Shown here one piece after another: positions 1 through 13,042 of a stretch of 64,000 nt of DNA (within the stretch, counting starts at the first letter, position 1; each line of letters opens with the position of its first letter). The stretch lies in assembly GCF_001194135.2 (NCBI RefSeq), contig NC_068988.1, positions 44,407,649 through 44,471,648 on the forward strand. Reading direction: 5' to 3'. The position numbers and the translations under genes were made by a program. This DNA is from Octopus bimaculoides (taxonomy: Eukaryota). The notes beneath the pieces are model-generated. The model saw only the letters and a list, made by a program, of their open reading frames with translations. It made no database searches and had not been told where the DNA came from.

Positions 1-62
1 AAGCTAAGTAAAAGGCAGTGCTCCAGCATGGCTGTAGTCAAATGACTGAAACAAATAAAAGA
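1..62 (+). mobile_element. 3' tail of tRNA-derived SINE family A (CORE-like, OR-type)
   Basis: GGCAGTGCTCCAGCATGGCTGTAGTCAAATGACTGAAACAAATAAAAG matches the tail seen in >10 copies in this window. Confidence 0.8.
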
Positions 63-119
63 ATAAGTAAAATTGTGGCCACCCATGCACACAGGCATAT
101 CTGTTATGGTCATTCCTCT

Positions 120-620
120 CCCTCCTCTCCCAGCTGAGAGGTCTTTGTCATGTAGGTGCCAGTGCCACATGAGATGTACTCATGTTGGTGCCACATGAGA
201 TGCACTCATGCTGATGCTATGCAGACTTCACTTGTGCTGGTGCTATGTAAATGCACCTGCACTGATGGCACAGTAAGAACACTCAGTGGTTGGGGGAGAG
301 GTCGAGTCGATTGCATCGACCCCAGTGCTCGACTGGTACTTAATTTCTCAACCTCGAAAGGATGAAAGGCAAAGTCAACCTTGGCAGCATTTGAACTCAG
401 AATGTAGCGATAGGAAAAATACCACTAAGGATTTTGCCCAGCATGCTAATGATTCTGCCAGCTTGTTGCCATAGAAATAATGCCAAAACAGACAATTGGA
501 GCCTGGGTAGCTCTCTGGCTGGCCAGCTCTTGTCAAACCATCCATCCAATGCCAGCATGGAGAATGGATGTTAGACAATGATCATGATGATGACAGTGAT
601 GATGATGATGATGATGATGA
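120..620 (+). mobile_element. RTE-tailed repeat (family D) ending in (GAT)n, interrupted by a family B SINE at ~285-470 (minus strand)
   Basis: CCATCCAATGCCAGCATGGAGAATGGATGTTAGACAATGATCATGATG tail as at 42830-42890 and 62095-62158; inverted GTTGACTTTGCCTTTCATCCTTTCGAGG core inside. Confidence 0.7.
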
Positions 621-898
621 TGAAGATGATACACATATATTCTTTTTGGCTTGGCTTTCGGAGTGAAGATTTACAAACGAGAATGTTCATGCTTGTTGCA
701 GGCTTGCCGATATCTGATAAGTCCAATTTGGGACAAACAGGAACAAAGCTGGGAAGGTAGGCTGATGAGAGTTGGCCATATTGCCCTTGATTTTCCTCTT
801 TTATCTCGTGTTTGCAAGGCAGGTCCTACACTTATCTATATATTCTTAAAGGTTGCAGATCTATCTGCCCATCTGTCTGTTCATCCAGCTGTTCGTCC

Positions 899-961
<63 letters not shown>

Positions 962-1291
962 CATCCATTTGTCTGTCTATCTGTATGCTTGTGTGTTACT
1001 GCTGTAAATGATAGAGGAATATTGCACTCAATGTATGGTGCAAATCATATTGCTTATTTAACCTGAAATATCTTTCTCACAACCTGACTGTCACAGCATT
1101 CTATTGATCAGGCATCTACCTGATTGATTACCAGAGCTTGAAATTTGAATCACAAGAAAAAGAATTAGTGTACACACACACACACACACATGCATGCACG
1201 CATGTATGCACACATGCATACACACACACACACACACACACACGTTTGTGTACATTGATATATATATATATATATAATATATGTGTTGATG

Positions 1292-1655
1292 TGCAGGAGC
1301 AGCTGTGTGGTAAGAAACTTGCTTCCTAACCACATGGTTCCAGGTTCAGTCCCACTGCGTAGCACCTAAAGTAAGTATCTTCTACTATAACCTCGAGTCG
1401 ATTTGGTAGATGGAAGCTGAAAGAAGCCTGTTGTATATATATGTATATACATGTGTGTTATCTGTGTTTGTCCTCCCATCATCACTTGACAACCAGTGTT
1501 GGTGTGTTTACATCCCCATAAATTAGTGGTTCAGCAAAAAATACTGATAGAATAAGCACCAGGCTTAAAAAATAAGTACAGGGGTTGAATCACTCCACTA
1601 AAATGTCAAGGCGGTGCCCCAGCATGGCCGTAGTCTAATGACTTAACCAGGTAAT
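1292..1655 (+). mobile_element. SINE family A, near full length
   Basis: Head GCTGTGTGGTAAGAAACTTGC...GGTTCAGTCCCACTG (A/B-box-like), internal TA/TG microsatellite, conserved tail. Confidence 0.85.
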
Positions 1656-1873
1656 AGCCAAAAGGTATAAGATGCACAAATAATACACAGTTAAGCGTGA
1701 TCTGTAAAGTATATGTAAACTCATATTATATCAGCTACCTACTTTTCATTTCAAAGTTGGGGTTATTTCATTTCATTTGCATCAGTTTGAAACTGTTTCA
1801 TTGGCTCACATCATTATTCCTGTTTTCCCTCTTCTCCAAAAATCTTGTAATTTTAGCTGTCAATCAGTCTTTT

Positions 1874-1960
<87 letters not shown>

Positions 1961-2103
1961 GTTGAACACATAAAGAAGGAAAATCTTCAGTGATACCTTG
2001 ATACCTCAATAATTTGAACAACTACTACTACTACTACTACTACTACTGTATACATATATATATTTATAGAAAAACAAAGACGAAGACAGGTATATATCCT
2101 TAG

Positions 2104-2440
2104 TCTTTTACTTTTATCCTTTTACTTGTTTCAGTCATTTGACTGAGGCCATGCTGGAGCATGCCCTTTAGTCAAACAAATCGACCCCAGGACTTATTCT
2201 AATTCTAAAACAGGTTGTGGGTTTTTAAAAGATTTAAGGTCATACTTGTTTCCATTATTCTGTTGTCCTTTCATGTCAAAGAAATAAGTTCACCATTTTT
2301 CTTTTGAGAACTTAGTGGTTCAGCAAAAGAGGTCGATAGAATAAGTACTAGGCTTACAAAGAATAAGTCCTGGGGTCCATTTGCTCGACTAAAGGCGGTG
2401 CTCCAGCATGGCCACAGTCAAATGACTGAAACAAGTAAAG
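2104..2440. mobile_element. Two family A tails in opposite orientation (2104-2200 minus, 2310-2440 plus)
   Basis: Both match the family A 3' region. Confidence 0.75.
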
Positions 2441-2508
2441 AGTATACCAGCACAGTCTTCTCTTCTGCACACTACAGTCTTTTTTCTTGATATATATACC
2501 TATCATAC

Positions 2509-2880
2509 GTGGTTAGGGCAGCGGACTCACGGTCATAGGATTGCAGTTTCGATTCCCAGACCAGGCGTTGTGAGTGTTTATTGAGCGCAAACACCTAAAG
2601 CTCCACGAGGCTCCGGTAGGGGATGGTGGCGAACCCTGCTGTACTCTTCCATCACAACTTTCTCTCACTCTTACTTCCTGTTTCTGTTGTGCCTGTAATT
2701 CAAAGGGTCAGCCTTGTCACACTGTGTCACGCTGAATATCTCCGAGAACTATGTTAAGGGTACACGTGTCTGTGGAGAGCTCAGCCACTTGCACGTTAAT
2801 TTCACGAGCAGGCTGTTCCATTGATCAGATCAACTGGAACCCTCGACGTCGTAAGCGACGGAGTGCCAACAACAACAACA
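2509..2880 (+). mobile_element. tRNA-derived SINE family C, 5'-truncated, (CAA)n tail, 13-bp TSD
   Basis: TSD ATACCTATCATAC at 2496-2508 and 2881-2893; body closely matches 41538-41939. Confidence 0.9.
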
Positions 2881-3814
2881 ATACCTATCATACACAGATA
2901 GGGTCATAATCCAAGCTGTGACCCCATGAAGCACATGTACATATTCCAGTGCTCAAAAGTTTTATGTAGATTTTATGATAGTGTGAGGCATGTATAAGAG
3001 TTGAAAAATACTGGAAAATAGTATTTGCTGAGTGTGTGGATGTGCGTGTGTGTGTATACATGTATCTGTGTATACATGTGTGTTTAAATATGTATGTATA
3101 TACACATTTACCCCTTATCAAAGTATTTTCTCATCACTTATTTTATAATTGCTTCGAACATATCTCTTCAATCACCTTACATTTTATGTCCATCTGTTTA
3201 TCTGACCATTTGCCTACCTTCCTGTCTGTATGTCTAGTTTGATTACAAATGTAATTATATATGAATATGACTACCTAATTCTCCATTTGTCTGTTTATCT
3301 GTTAATCAAGAGCCATGAAAACTTGTCTTCATTCTCTCTCACTTGAGTGAAGGTAAATGAGAACGAGAATATATATATATCATTAAAAACGAATAAAGAG
3401 AGAAATAAAACAAAAATTCCAAAGAGAATCAAACTTTCTGAGTTTCCATAAATGGATAAATCCCAAATATTGTACAAGTGATTTGTTGTAATGAATAATC
3501 AATCATTTGTTTTATAAGGGATCACTATAGTCAATTGAATCAAACTCAGCATATTATTGATAATTACTGGTATTTATATGTATTCCATTGTTATGAAAGG
3601 AGAAGGCAATAATAGCTGCTTTTGAATGAATAAAGAATAGATTTCAGAGAGTAAAAACTTTCAGGCATTTTAGGCTGGTGCTCTATCATTTCTGTCAATT
3701 ATTTGTGCCTGTTAGGAAAGAGAGTTAACAAAAGACTTTCCTGATAAGTATACATATATGTGTGTGTGTGTTCATACATACATACATGTGTATGTACGTG
3801 TATATGTGTATATA

Positions 3815-3859
<45 letters not shown>

Positions 3860-5052
3860 NNNNNNNNNNNNNNNNNNNNNNNNNNNNNNNNNNNNNNNNN
3901 NNNNNNNNNNNNNNNNNNNNNNNNNNNNNNNNNNNNNNNNNNNNNNNNNNNNNNNNNNNNNNNNNNNNNNNNNNNNNNNNNNNNNNNNNNNNNNNNNNNN
4001 NNNNNNNNNNNNNNNNNNNNNNNNNNNNNNNNNNNNNNNNNNNNNNNNNNNNNNNNNNNNNNNNNNNNNNACTTATAGGTGTATATATATGTATATATAT
4101 ATTATGAAGAGAGAGAGAGAGAGGAATTGATAGAGAGGGAGAGCTGTCCAAGTTAGTGGAGAGCACAGGAAACATGTTAGACAGAACTCTTCACCTGAGC
4201 AACAATATTAATGTTAGATTTTTATTTTAACATCATAGCAACACACCCCTCACTTTGCTTTATATCTTCATCCTCTACAAAGGATTTCAAGAAGTCACTT
4301 TAATCATTTTTGGCAGCTTTCTCATTCCATAGTTTTCTGGTTTCATCCATAAGACCAATAAGTAAAAACCCTTCCTTGCAGCTAGAGGTTTAAAGCAAAA
4401 GATTTTACTATCAACCATACAACACAAAGAGGAAATTACACCTATAATTTCAGTCGTCGAAAATGATTTGAAAAAGCAGAGAACTGATGCCAAAATGTAG
4501 CCAAGATTTCCCCTTGAACAAAAGGCACAGTGACATTGTAGAAAGATCAAAAGACAGAAGAATAGTTCTATGTTTAATGACTAATTTCCTGCCTTAAGGT
4601 GGCTTGTCTTGATAATCGCTCAAATATTGGTTGGTAATAAAAAGGTAGCACACACAGAGCCAGATATATTTTATGTATGTGGAGTAGATCGCATATGCAC
4701 CTACTAATGACATAGAGATCTATACACACATTTCCATATAATCACAGTCACATGTGTGTTAAAAAAAGATAAAGATGACACATGCACTTCAAAATACTCA
4801 TATGTATGTGCGTGTGTGCATATGTTTGTGTGTGTATGTGTGTGTGAGTATGTATATATTTATGCAAGTATGAGTATGTGTATGTATGTATGAGTATATG
4901 CATGCATGTGTCTGTCTATCTATCTATCTAAAAGTCTCTCTCTTTCTCTCTCACACACTCACACAGGCACACACATATGCACACACACATACATGCATCT
5001 ATATCTACATTTATCTGTATATCTGTATATGCGTGCGTGTATACGCACATAC

Positions 5053-5083
<31 letters not shown>

Positions 5084-5574
5084 NNNNNNNNNNNNNNNNN
5101 NNNNNNNNNNNNNNNNNNNNNNNNNNNNNNNNNNNNNNNNNNNNNNNNNNNNNNNNNNNNNNNNNNNNNNNNNNNNNNNNNNNNNNNNNNNNNNNNNNNN
5201 NNNNNNNNNNNNNNNNNNNNNNNNNNNNNNNNNNNNNNNNNNNNNNNNNNNNNNNNNNNNNNNNNNNNNNNNNNNNNNNNNNNNNNNNNNNNNNNNNNNN
5301 NNNNNNNNNNNNNNNNNNNNNNNNNNNNNNNNNNNNNNNNNNNNNNNNNNNNNNNNNNNNNNNNNNNNNNATATATATATATATATATATATATAAGATA
5401 TTTAGAAGATGCCTACATATCCCGAAATAGAGATAGAAGTGGACAATTTATATAAATGCATAATAGTAATTAACCTTCTACAGACACATGTGCATACACA
5501 CACATGTACACACACACGTGTACACACACACTAACACATTCAGAAATGTATACAATTACAAAAAGGCAGCAGAT

Positions 5575-5740
5575 TGACTGAACCATTAGAATATCGAAAA
5601 GAATACCTTACAGTATTCATTTTGATTTTTCTGCCTTGTGAGTTCAAATTCTGCTACTGTCAACTCTACCTTTCATCCTTTCAAGGTTAATAAGTAAAAT
5701 ACCATTCCAGTTTTGGTGGGGGTCGATTCTTTTCTCTCTC
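5575..5740 (+). mobile_element. SINE family B (Meta/MESC-like central domain), decayed
   Basis: GAGTTCAAATTC...CTTTCATCCTTTCAAGGTTAATAAG core shared with ~15 copies. Confidence 0.65.
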
Positions 5741-5914
5741 TCCCTCCCTTTCTCTTTGTTTTTCTATTTTTCTCAGAATTCTACCTATTCTAATTTCATT
5801 AACTGTACCTGTGTCTGTGGAATATTCAGTTGTTTTCTCATTAATTCCTTGAGCTGGAATTCAGTTGCTCAACCAACTCCATTCACATCATTGAGGCTGA
5901 CAGAGAATCTATCA

Positions 5915-6440
5915 TATAAAGCTATACACATTTCAGATCCTGTATTGTTTGCTCTTTATATCTCAATTGTGTTTGATTACACTTTCAGAGACTTAGATAA
6001 GGCAGTCAGACTTGCTTCTTGTATTAATGGAGGATTGATTAATTGCCAGTAACTCAAAACAAATATGCTGAACAGGGCAAAATTTATTCATGTCATGCTT
6101 TTTACTGATGATGTAGCACTTATGACAAAAGTTTTGTTGATGCACAATTAATTGTGGAATATTTATCACATGCTGTTAAGGCTTTTGGTCTCACCCTAAG
6201 CTTAAAGGAAATGAAATTCACCAACCTAAAACAACCCTTAAGCAAAAGGTGTAAAAATCATTCAGTTACCTATATTTTCTAAACAAATCAGATGCAAGTG
6301 GATGGCCATCATCGTATGTAAAATCTTTTCTCTGTTTGGATGATGTGGCCATAATAAGTCATCCAAAGGAATTTTTTACTTTAATGAACTGCAATATCAT
6401 AAATTCAGATGGGTAGAATGTGTCCACAAAGCTCATATTT
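5915..6440 (+). mobile_element. Decayed RTE-clade LINE reverse transcriptase fragment
   Basis: Translates PVLFALYISIVFDYTFRDLDKAV..., FIHVMLFTDDVAL (YADD-like), HAVKAFGLTLSLK, ELQYHKFRWVECVH, with stops and frameshifts. Confidence 0.7.
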
Positions 6441-6859
6441 GGCCATGTATTCATGCCATAAAATGTGAAGTACCACCAATTAATGAGTTCATCGAGACAT
6501 TACCTGTTGTAGTAGCGATAAAGAAAACATAATCTATGATCAATGATGTTCCAGATATCACCTCTCTGTCTTTTGGCCTATTGGAGTTACATCGTCCAGT
6601 ATATCCTTATCTAATTAACACTGCCATCACCATCTTCGTCATTTAATGTCTACTTTCCATGCTGTAGTGAGTGGTATGAGGGATCTTTGGTTGCTATTTC
6701 TAGCAGGTCGAGTGACTGAATAGAAGCTCCCTTCATTGGCTTATGTGTGCATGTATATAGGAAGATGGTAGTGGTGGTTAATCATTTTGTACATAACCAG
6801 ATCTGCTTTCAAACACATGAATACTGATACATACATGCAATTTCAATCACGGACGCATG

Positions 6860-7830
6860 CTCAAACATACACACAATCACACACTCTCAATAAATGCACA
6901 TATACACAACCAAATACATAAGCATGATCAAACACTCACACACACACATTCTCACTCACATACACACATACACATACACTTGTACTGACTCGCATTCACT
7001 CACACACACACACAAACACTCACACAATCACACACACACACATAAACTTGTACTGACTCACATTCACTCACACATACACACAAACACACTCACAAATACA
7101 CACACACACAAACACACAACACACACACATAAACACATGCACTCATACACACACAAACACGCACAACACANNNNNNNNNNACACACAAACACACAACACA
7201 CACACATAAACACATGCACTCATACACACACAAACACGCACAACACACCACACACACAAGCACACACAATCACAAATGCACACACACATGCAAGCACACT
7301 CACACAAACACACATAAACATACACACACATACACACACAAACACACAATACACACACAAGCACACACACTTGTACTGACTCACATTCACTCACACAAAC
7401 ACACACAAGTGCACACACACACACACACACATACACACACAAACACACGCTCACATACTTGTACTAATTCACATTCGCTCACACACACACAAACACACAC
7501 AATTACACACACACTCACACAAGCACACAGACGCATATGTGCTCACACACACATACACACACAGACACACACACACTTGTACTAATTCACATTCACTCAC
7601 ACAAACACACATGGACGTACACATACAAACACACACAAACACAGACACATACACACGAACACACACACATGCACACACACACATACACACACACAATCAC
7701 ATGCACAGATATATGCATTTTTATAGATAACCATATGAATTTCAGATGTGGCACATATGTACACAACTACACATAAACACAGACATAACACACACCTAAA
7801 ACATGTTCTTTCTAACAAATACATAGAAAT
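6860..7830. repeat. Cryptic (CA)n-rich tract with recurrent CTTGTACT(G/A)A(C/T)TC(A/G)CATTC module
   Basis: Module at ~6978, 7047, 7370, 7457, 7575 within degenerate CA repeats. Confidence 0.85.
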
Positions 7831-8504
7831 ACATTAATACACACACACACACACGTCTGAAAATGTGCATACTCATGCACAAAGCCGTACATATTGTTAC
7901 ATGTACAGACTGAAAATAACACAAGACTAAAATAGAATAATTCAGAAACATGTTACCTCAGACTCAATTAATTAATTTCCTGTGTAACTTGCTGCTATTT
8001 CTAAGGCCAACCTGAGGCAATGTATAAAACAGAGGATGATGGTTTTAGTGGTGGTGTTGGAAGTGATGGTGGTTGTAGGAGTGTTGTTGTTGTTGTTGTT
8101 GCTGATGTTGTTTAGCTCACAGTCAGTTCTAATCCAGCAGACACAAGGTCAAAGTTATTCAGCCGTGAGACCACCATCTCATCCTTCTTTTCAGACGTAG
8201 TGTATCTAGGATCACATTATCCTGTGTGTTCTTTCATTTTATTTCATTTTTATGATGTTCGGATATGTTTTGAAGAGATTTGACTGTTATTTCTAGCTGG
8301 TTGAGTGACCATGTTGAGGCTCCCCTGTTGATGTAGTGATAAACATCTGCAAATGTAATGCTGTTGTAAGCAAATGGACATTTCAAATGAGATTCATGGG
8401 TTCAACATACTTGGCATATCCTAGCTTAACCCAGTTTGACTCTATATCATAAACTCCAATTCTGACTGAATACAGGATTTATTATGTACCTTCAAGTACT
8501 ATGG

Positions 8505-8720
8505 TAGGGTGGTGAGCTGGTAGAAGTGCTAGAATGTCAGACTAAATTCTTTGAGGTATATATTCCGAGTTCAATACCTGCGAAGGTCAACTTTAATTTT
8601 TATCACTCTGAAGCTGATAAAATAAAGTGCCAGTCAAGTACTGAGATCGATGAAATTGACTAATCACCCCATTCACTATCAAAATTGCTGGCCTTGTCCC
8701 TAAATCTGAACCATTATTCT
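8505..8720 (+). mobile_element. SINE family B
   Basis: Head GGTGGTGAGCTGGTAGAAG..., B-box GAGTTCAA, Meta-like core. Confidence 0.7.
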
Positions 8721-8772
8721 GTAATTTTGCTATATCTGTTGGCAGAACAAAATATTTTCAAAATATCTTAAT

Positions 8773-9000
8773 TTAACCCTTTAGCATTCAGATTACTCTG
8801 TCAAATGTAATGCTTATTTAGACACTTTGTTTTAGATTAATCTTTTATTATCCTGTAGTTTCAAGATGTTGATGTTGTTATTGTTTAATTTTAGAATGAC
8901 ATAGTAGGGTAGATGTGAAAGGCTGTATCTGGTTGGTTTAAACATTAAACAGGCAGAATGTTTAGGCCAGATATGGCTAGCTTAAATACTGATGGGCTAA
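8773..9000. mobile_element. TTAA-flanked MITE (piggyBac-like)
   Basis: Left end TTAACCCTTTAGCATT; right end AATACTGATGGGCTAA is a decayed inverted copy. Confidence 0.55.
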
Positions 9001-9639
9001 AATATCTTAAATTTAAATATTATTATTTTGAAATATCTTAATTCAAAATGTCTTCTTTAATTTTAAAATAATTTTATTCTAAAATCTATTTATTTTCAAA
9101 TATCTTTATGCTTAAGGATTTGAAATTTAATTTAAAGAAAACTTTTTAATTTCCTGAATGTAAATTACATAGGAATGCTATTTAACTGATAGAATTATCC
9201 AAGGTGGGTGTTGTATCACTTTAATACCCTTTAACCCACCAACAAAATTCCATCACATGATGTCTGCATATGTGAAGTATTGGTTATAATGATGTTAAAG
9301 ATTGAGAAAGACATTGGTGCTAATCGTGTTATTATTGTTATTTGCAACTTTAGTCATCAGGGAGAGATAACTGTCAAAACATTTTAGGCTACTATTTGTA
9401 CAAGCAACACTGGATTTATTATTCTTCAGTCTGGTGTTCAATGACGATGGATACCTTATCATGTCTAGTTATGATGACGGCGGTTGTGATGAGGATGACA
9501 ATGGCTGTTATGGTGAGCTATTGTTAGTGCTAGACTAATATTATTAAAGAAATGAAAAGGTGATGGGTTAACAGAAATAGAAGAACACAAAGCTGAATGC
9601 TTTAAAGTTTTGAGTTTAATGACACAGGTGTGGTGAGGG

Positions 9640-9820
9640 TGTAGGTGTGGCTGTAGGGTTAAGAAGTTTGCTTCCTAACTGCATGGTTCCAGGTTCATTC
9701 CCACTGCATGGCATTTTGAACAAGTGTCTTCTACTGTAGCCCAAGAGAGACCAAAGCCTTGAGAGTTGATTTGATAGATAAAAACTAGAAGAAACCTGTT
9801 GTGTGTGTGTGTGTATATAT
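9640..9820 (+). mobile_element. SINE family A, 5' half
   Basis: Family A head and CORE-like GAACAAGTGTCTTCTACTGTAGCC, ending in TG/TA repeat. Confidence 0.75.
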
Positions 9821-10440
9821 AAGGTCCTGGCAGGGTAAAAAGGTAGGGTATTTCCAGAGAAGCGCTCGCCCGCGTTCTGGGCTATCAACACTGTTGAATA
9901 TTGTTTAAACTGGTGTTGCAAACAAAGTTGGTACAGAAACATTTGTAACTGGTTGTTAAAGATGTGTTAAAATATTCCTTTGTCTTATTTGGATTATTTA
10001 CATATATATATATATAATTTATATAAGAGCATTACTATACGATAATGCCTTACGCTTAGAGGGTGAAACTACCAAAAGTCAAAACTACCATAAGCACATT
10101 TGTACCGATCGTGAGGGAATACAAATTTCAAAGCTAACCTCCTAAAAACTTTTAACTTAATGGTAAACCAGTGGTTTCATGATCAACGCTGTAATCTGCA
10201 TCTTTTATTCATCAGTACACGTATGGTCAAGACACATAAAAATAAACAAAAATCAACATACCCCGACGAGCATAGTACATAGACGATTGTTTATCCCTTA
10301 TATATCCATGAAAGAGGTGGGCTTTTTAAGTTACACTTCGGCACATGTGCTTTTACGGAATAATATTCAGCACAGAATATATTCTAATTATTCATAATAC
10401 AATATTAGGATAAAATCTTTATAAGAATTTATCAAGTAGT

Positions 10441-10493
10441 TAGCGTGAAAAAACTTCATAAGGGAAAAAATCTTATGACGTTTCTTCACGCTA
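10441..10493. other. 22-bp-stem hairpin (20/22 paired, 9-nt loop)
   Basis: TAGCGTGAAAAAACTTCATAAG-ggaaaaaat-CTTATGACGTTTCTTCACGCTA. Confidence 0.9.
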
Positions 10494-11447
10494 ATGGAAA
10501 GTTCCGAGGAGAAGGAGGAACTACTTTCTGGAAATTTCCGAAGAGTGGGGCGAATTACTTCCTGGAAAGTTCCGAGGAGGGTGGAATTACTTCCTAGAAA
10601 GTCCCAAGGAAGTGGAGGAGCGAAAATTACTTCCTGGGAAGATCCGGGACTTCCTGGAAAGCTCCGAGGATGGACTTTCTGGAAAGTCCCGACGATTGGA
10701 CTTCCTGGACATTTCCGAGGAATTCCTGGAAAGATCCGAGGATGAGCTACTTCCTGGAAAGTTACGGTGATTGGTCTTCCTAGAAAGTTTTGGGGGTTTC
10801 CTGGAAAGATCTGAGGGTTTCCTGGAAAGACCTGGACTTCCAGGAAAGTTCCGGGACAGAGCTACTTCCTGGAAAGTTCCCAGGATGTGACTTACTGCGA
10901 ATTTCCGAGGATCTACAGGAAACATCAGAGGATAAGCTACTTCCTGGAAAGATCAGTGGATAGGAATTCTTGGAAAGTTCCGAGGATTGGACTTCCTGGA
11001 AAATTCCGAGGATTGGACTTCTTGGAAAGTTCCGAGGATTGGACGTCCTGGAAAGTTCCGAGGAATTACTGGAACGATCCGAGGATTAGCTACTCCCTGT
11101 AAAGTTTCGAGGATTAGACATCCTGGAAAGTTCAGAGGAATTACTGGAAAGTTCCGAGGAGAAGCTGCTTCCTGGAAAGTTCCCGGGATGGGACTTCCTG
11201 GGAAGTTCCGAGGATTGGACTTCCTGGAAAGTTCCGATGAACTCCTGGAAAGAACCGAGGACTTCTTGGAAAGAACCGAGGACTTCTTGGAAAGAAGCGA
11301 GGACTTCCTGGAAACTTTCGAGGATTGGGCTTCCTGGAAAGTTCCGAGTATTTCTTGGAAAGTTCCGAAGATTTCCTGGAAAGGCCCGAGGATGAGCTAC
11401 TTCCTGGAAAGTTCCGAGGATTGGTCTTCCTGGAAACCTCCGAGGAT
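10494..11447. repeat. Minisatellite array, variable ~17-33 bp units, consensus GGAAAGTTCCGAGGATTGGACTTCCT
   Basis: Directly visible tandem units; the ORFs in both orientations are repeat artefacts. Confidence 0.95.
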
Positions 11448-12946
11448 TTCTCTCTCACACACATACACACACACACACACACAAATGCACGTCCATTTCA
11501 TATATCTTTCAATTTCTGCTCTCTGCAAATAAAATTTTTACAGATACAACTGCTTACAAAAATTGGGATTAATGTATAATTTCTTTCTATGTTCATAATT
11601 AAATAAATGTTTTAATGATTATACAGATATCAAATAGAATAGCTCTCAGAAACAGACTACGTACAAATTCTTTCTTCACAACTCCTGAAACCNNNNNNNN
11701 NNTATATATATGTATGTATATATATATATACCGGAGTAAGCACATAAAATGTGCAGCAAGGTGGAAAAAAGAGTACTCAAATACCAGAGGTAGAGTAATA
11801 TGCTTTATTTAAAAGCAGCAGAAATATAACAAAAGACTGTATATATATATATATGTCAATGCAGGAAAATTAGTGATATTGATAATGATACTGATAATGA
11901 AATATCAATATTATGGCTCAAGGAAAGCACTTCAGCCCTGTTGTTTGTTGATATTCATAATCATCATCACTACATTAGCTCTGTTTCTATATGTGCTGAT
12001 TATTTATAATTCTTACCAACTTAGCAGAATATGTTTCGCTGAGATCAGTCTAATAAAACTGAAAACGTCCTGTTTCTTTTACCAGTTCTCTTCAAAGGAT
12101 TTCTGCCTGTATTGTTTTTTATTTTCCAAATATTTTGATTGGCTGATTTTAATGGAGTTATTTCCCTTGCCTGTTGTGTTTAGAATTTAGAAAGCCCCTA
12201 GAAAGAAATTTTTGTGTACAGATTGCATGTATAATTTTAGTTAATCGAATATTTTCATTTCACTATATTAGCTATATAAGATCCTACAGTAGCTGTGTGT
12301 ATGTGAATTTATGCATGCAGTATGTGTATATATATCTTTTTCTCTCTCCACACACACACACACACACACATACACACATGCACACACACACATATAAACA
12401 CACACATACATACATGTGTTTACATATCTACTTTGCCTTTTCTTTCTTTATATATATATATATATATATATATATNNNNNNNNNNNNNNNNNNNNNNNNN
12501 NNNNNNNNNNNNNNNNNNNNNNNNNNNNNNNNNNNNNNNNNNNNNNNNNNNNNNNNNNNNNNNNNNNNNNNNNNNNNNNNNNNNNNNNNNNNNNNNNNNN
12601 NNNNNNNNNNNNNNNNNNNNNNNNNNNNNNNNNNNNNNNNNNNNNNNNNNNNNNNNNNNNNNNNNNNNNNNNNNNNNNNNNNNNNNNNNNNNNNNNNNNN
12701 NNNNNNNNNNNNNNNNNNNNNNNNNNNNNNNNNNNNNNNNNNNNNNNNNNNNNNNNNNNNNNNNNNNNNNNNNNNNNNNNNNNNNNNNNNNNNNNNNNNN
12801 NNNNNNNNNNNNNNNNNNNNNNNNNNNNNNNNNNNNNNNNNNNNNNNNNNNNNNNNNNNNNNNNNNNNNNNNNNNNNNNATATAGATATATATATATACA
12901 CACACACACACACATATATAGTGTATATATGTAGCTTTATATATCT

Positions 12947-12977
<31 letters not shown>

Positions 12978-12999
12978 TCTATATATCTCTATATATATG

Positions 13000-13042
<43 letters not shown>

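Noticed and set aside
5960-6050. DLDKAVRLASCING resembling an aldehyde dehydrogenase motif
   Set aside because: Flanking frames show it is part of an RTE reverse transcriptase remnant.
10494-11579. Several ORFs of up to 181 aa in the satellite; superficial CRISPR-like periodicity
   Set aside because: Frames are open on both strands only because the unit lacks stops; spacers are variants of one unit rather than unique sequences, and there are no cas genes in this eukaryotic context.
12017-12197. Minus-strand segment with good acceptor and donor
   Set aside because: Stops in all three frames; could be a non-coding exon but there is no further support.
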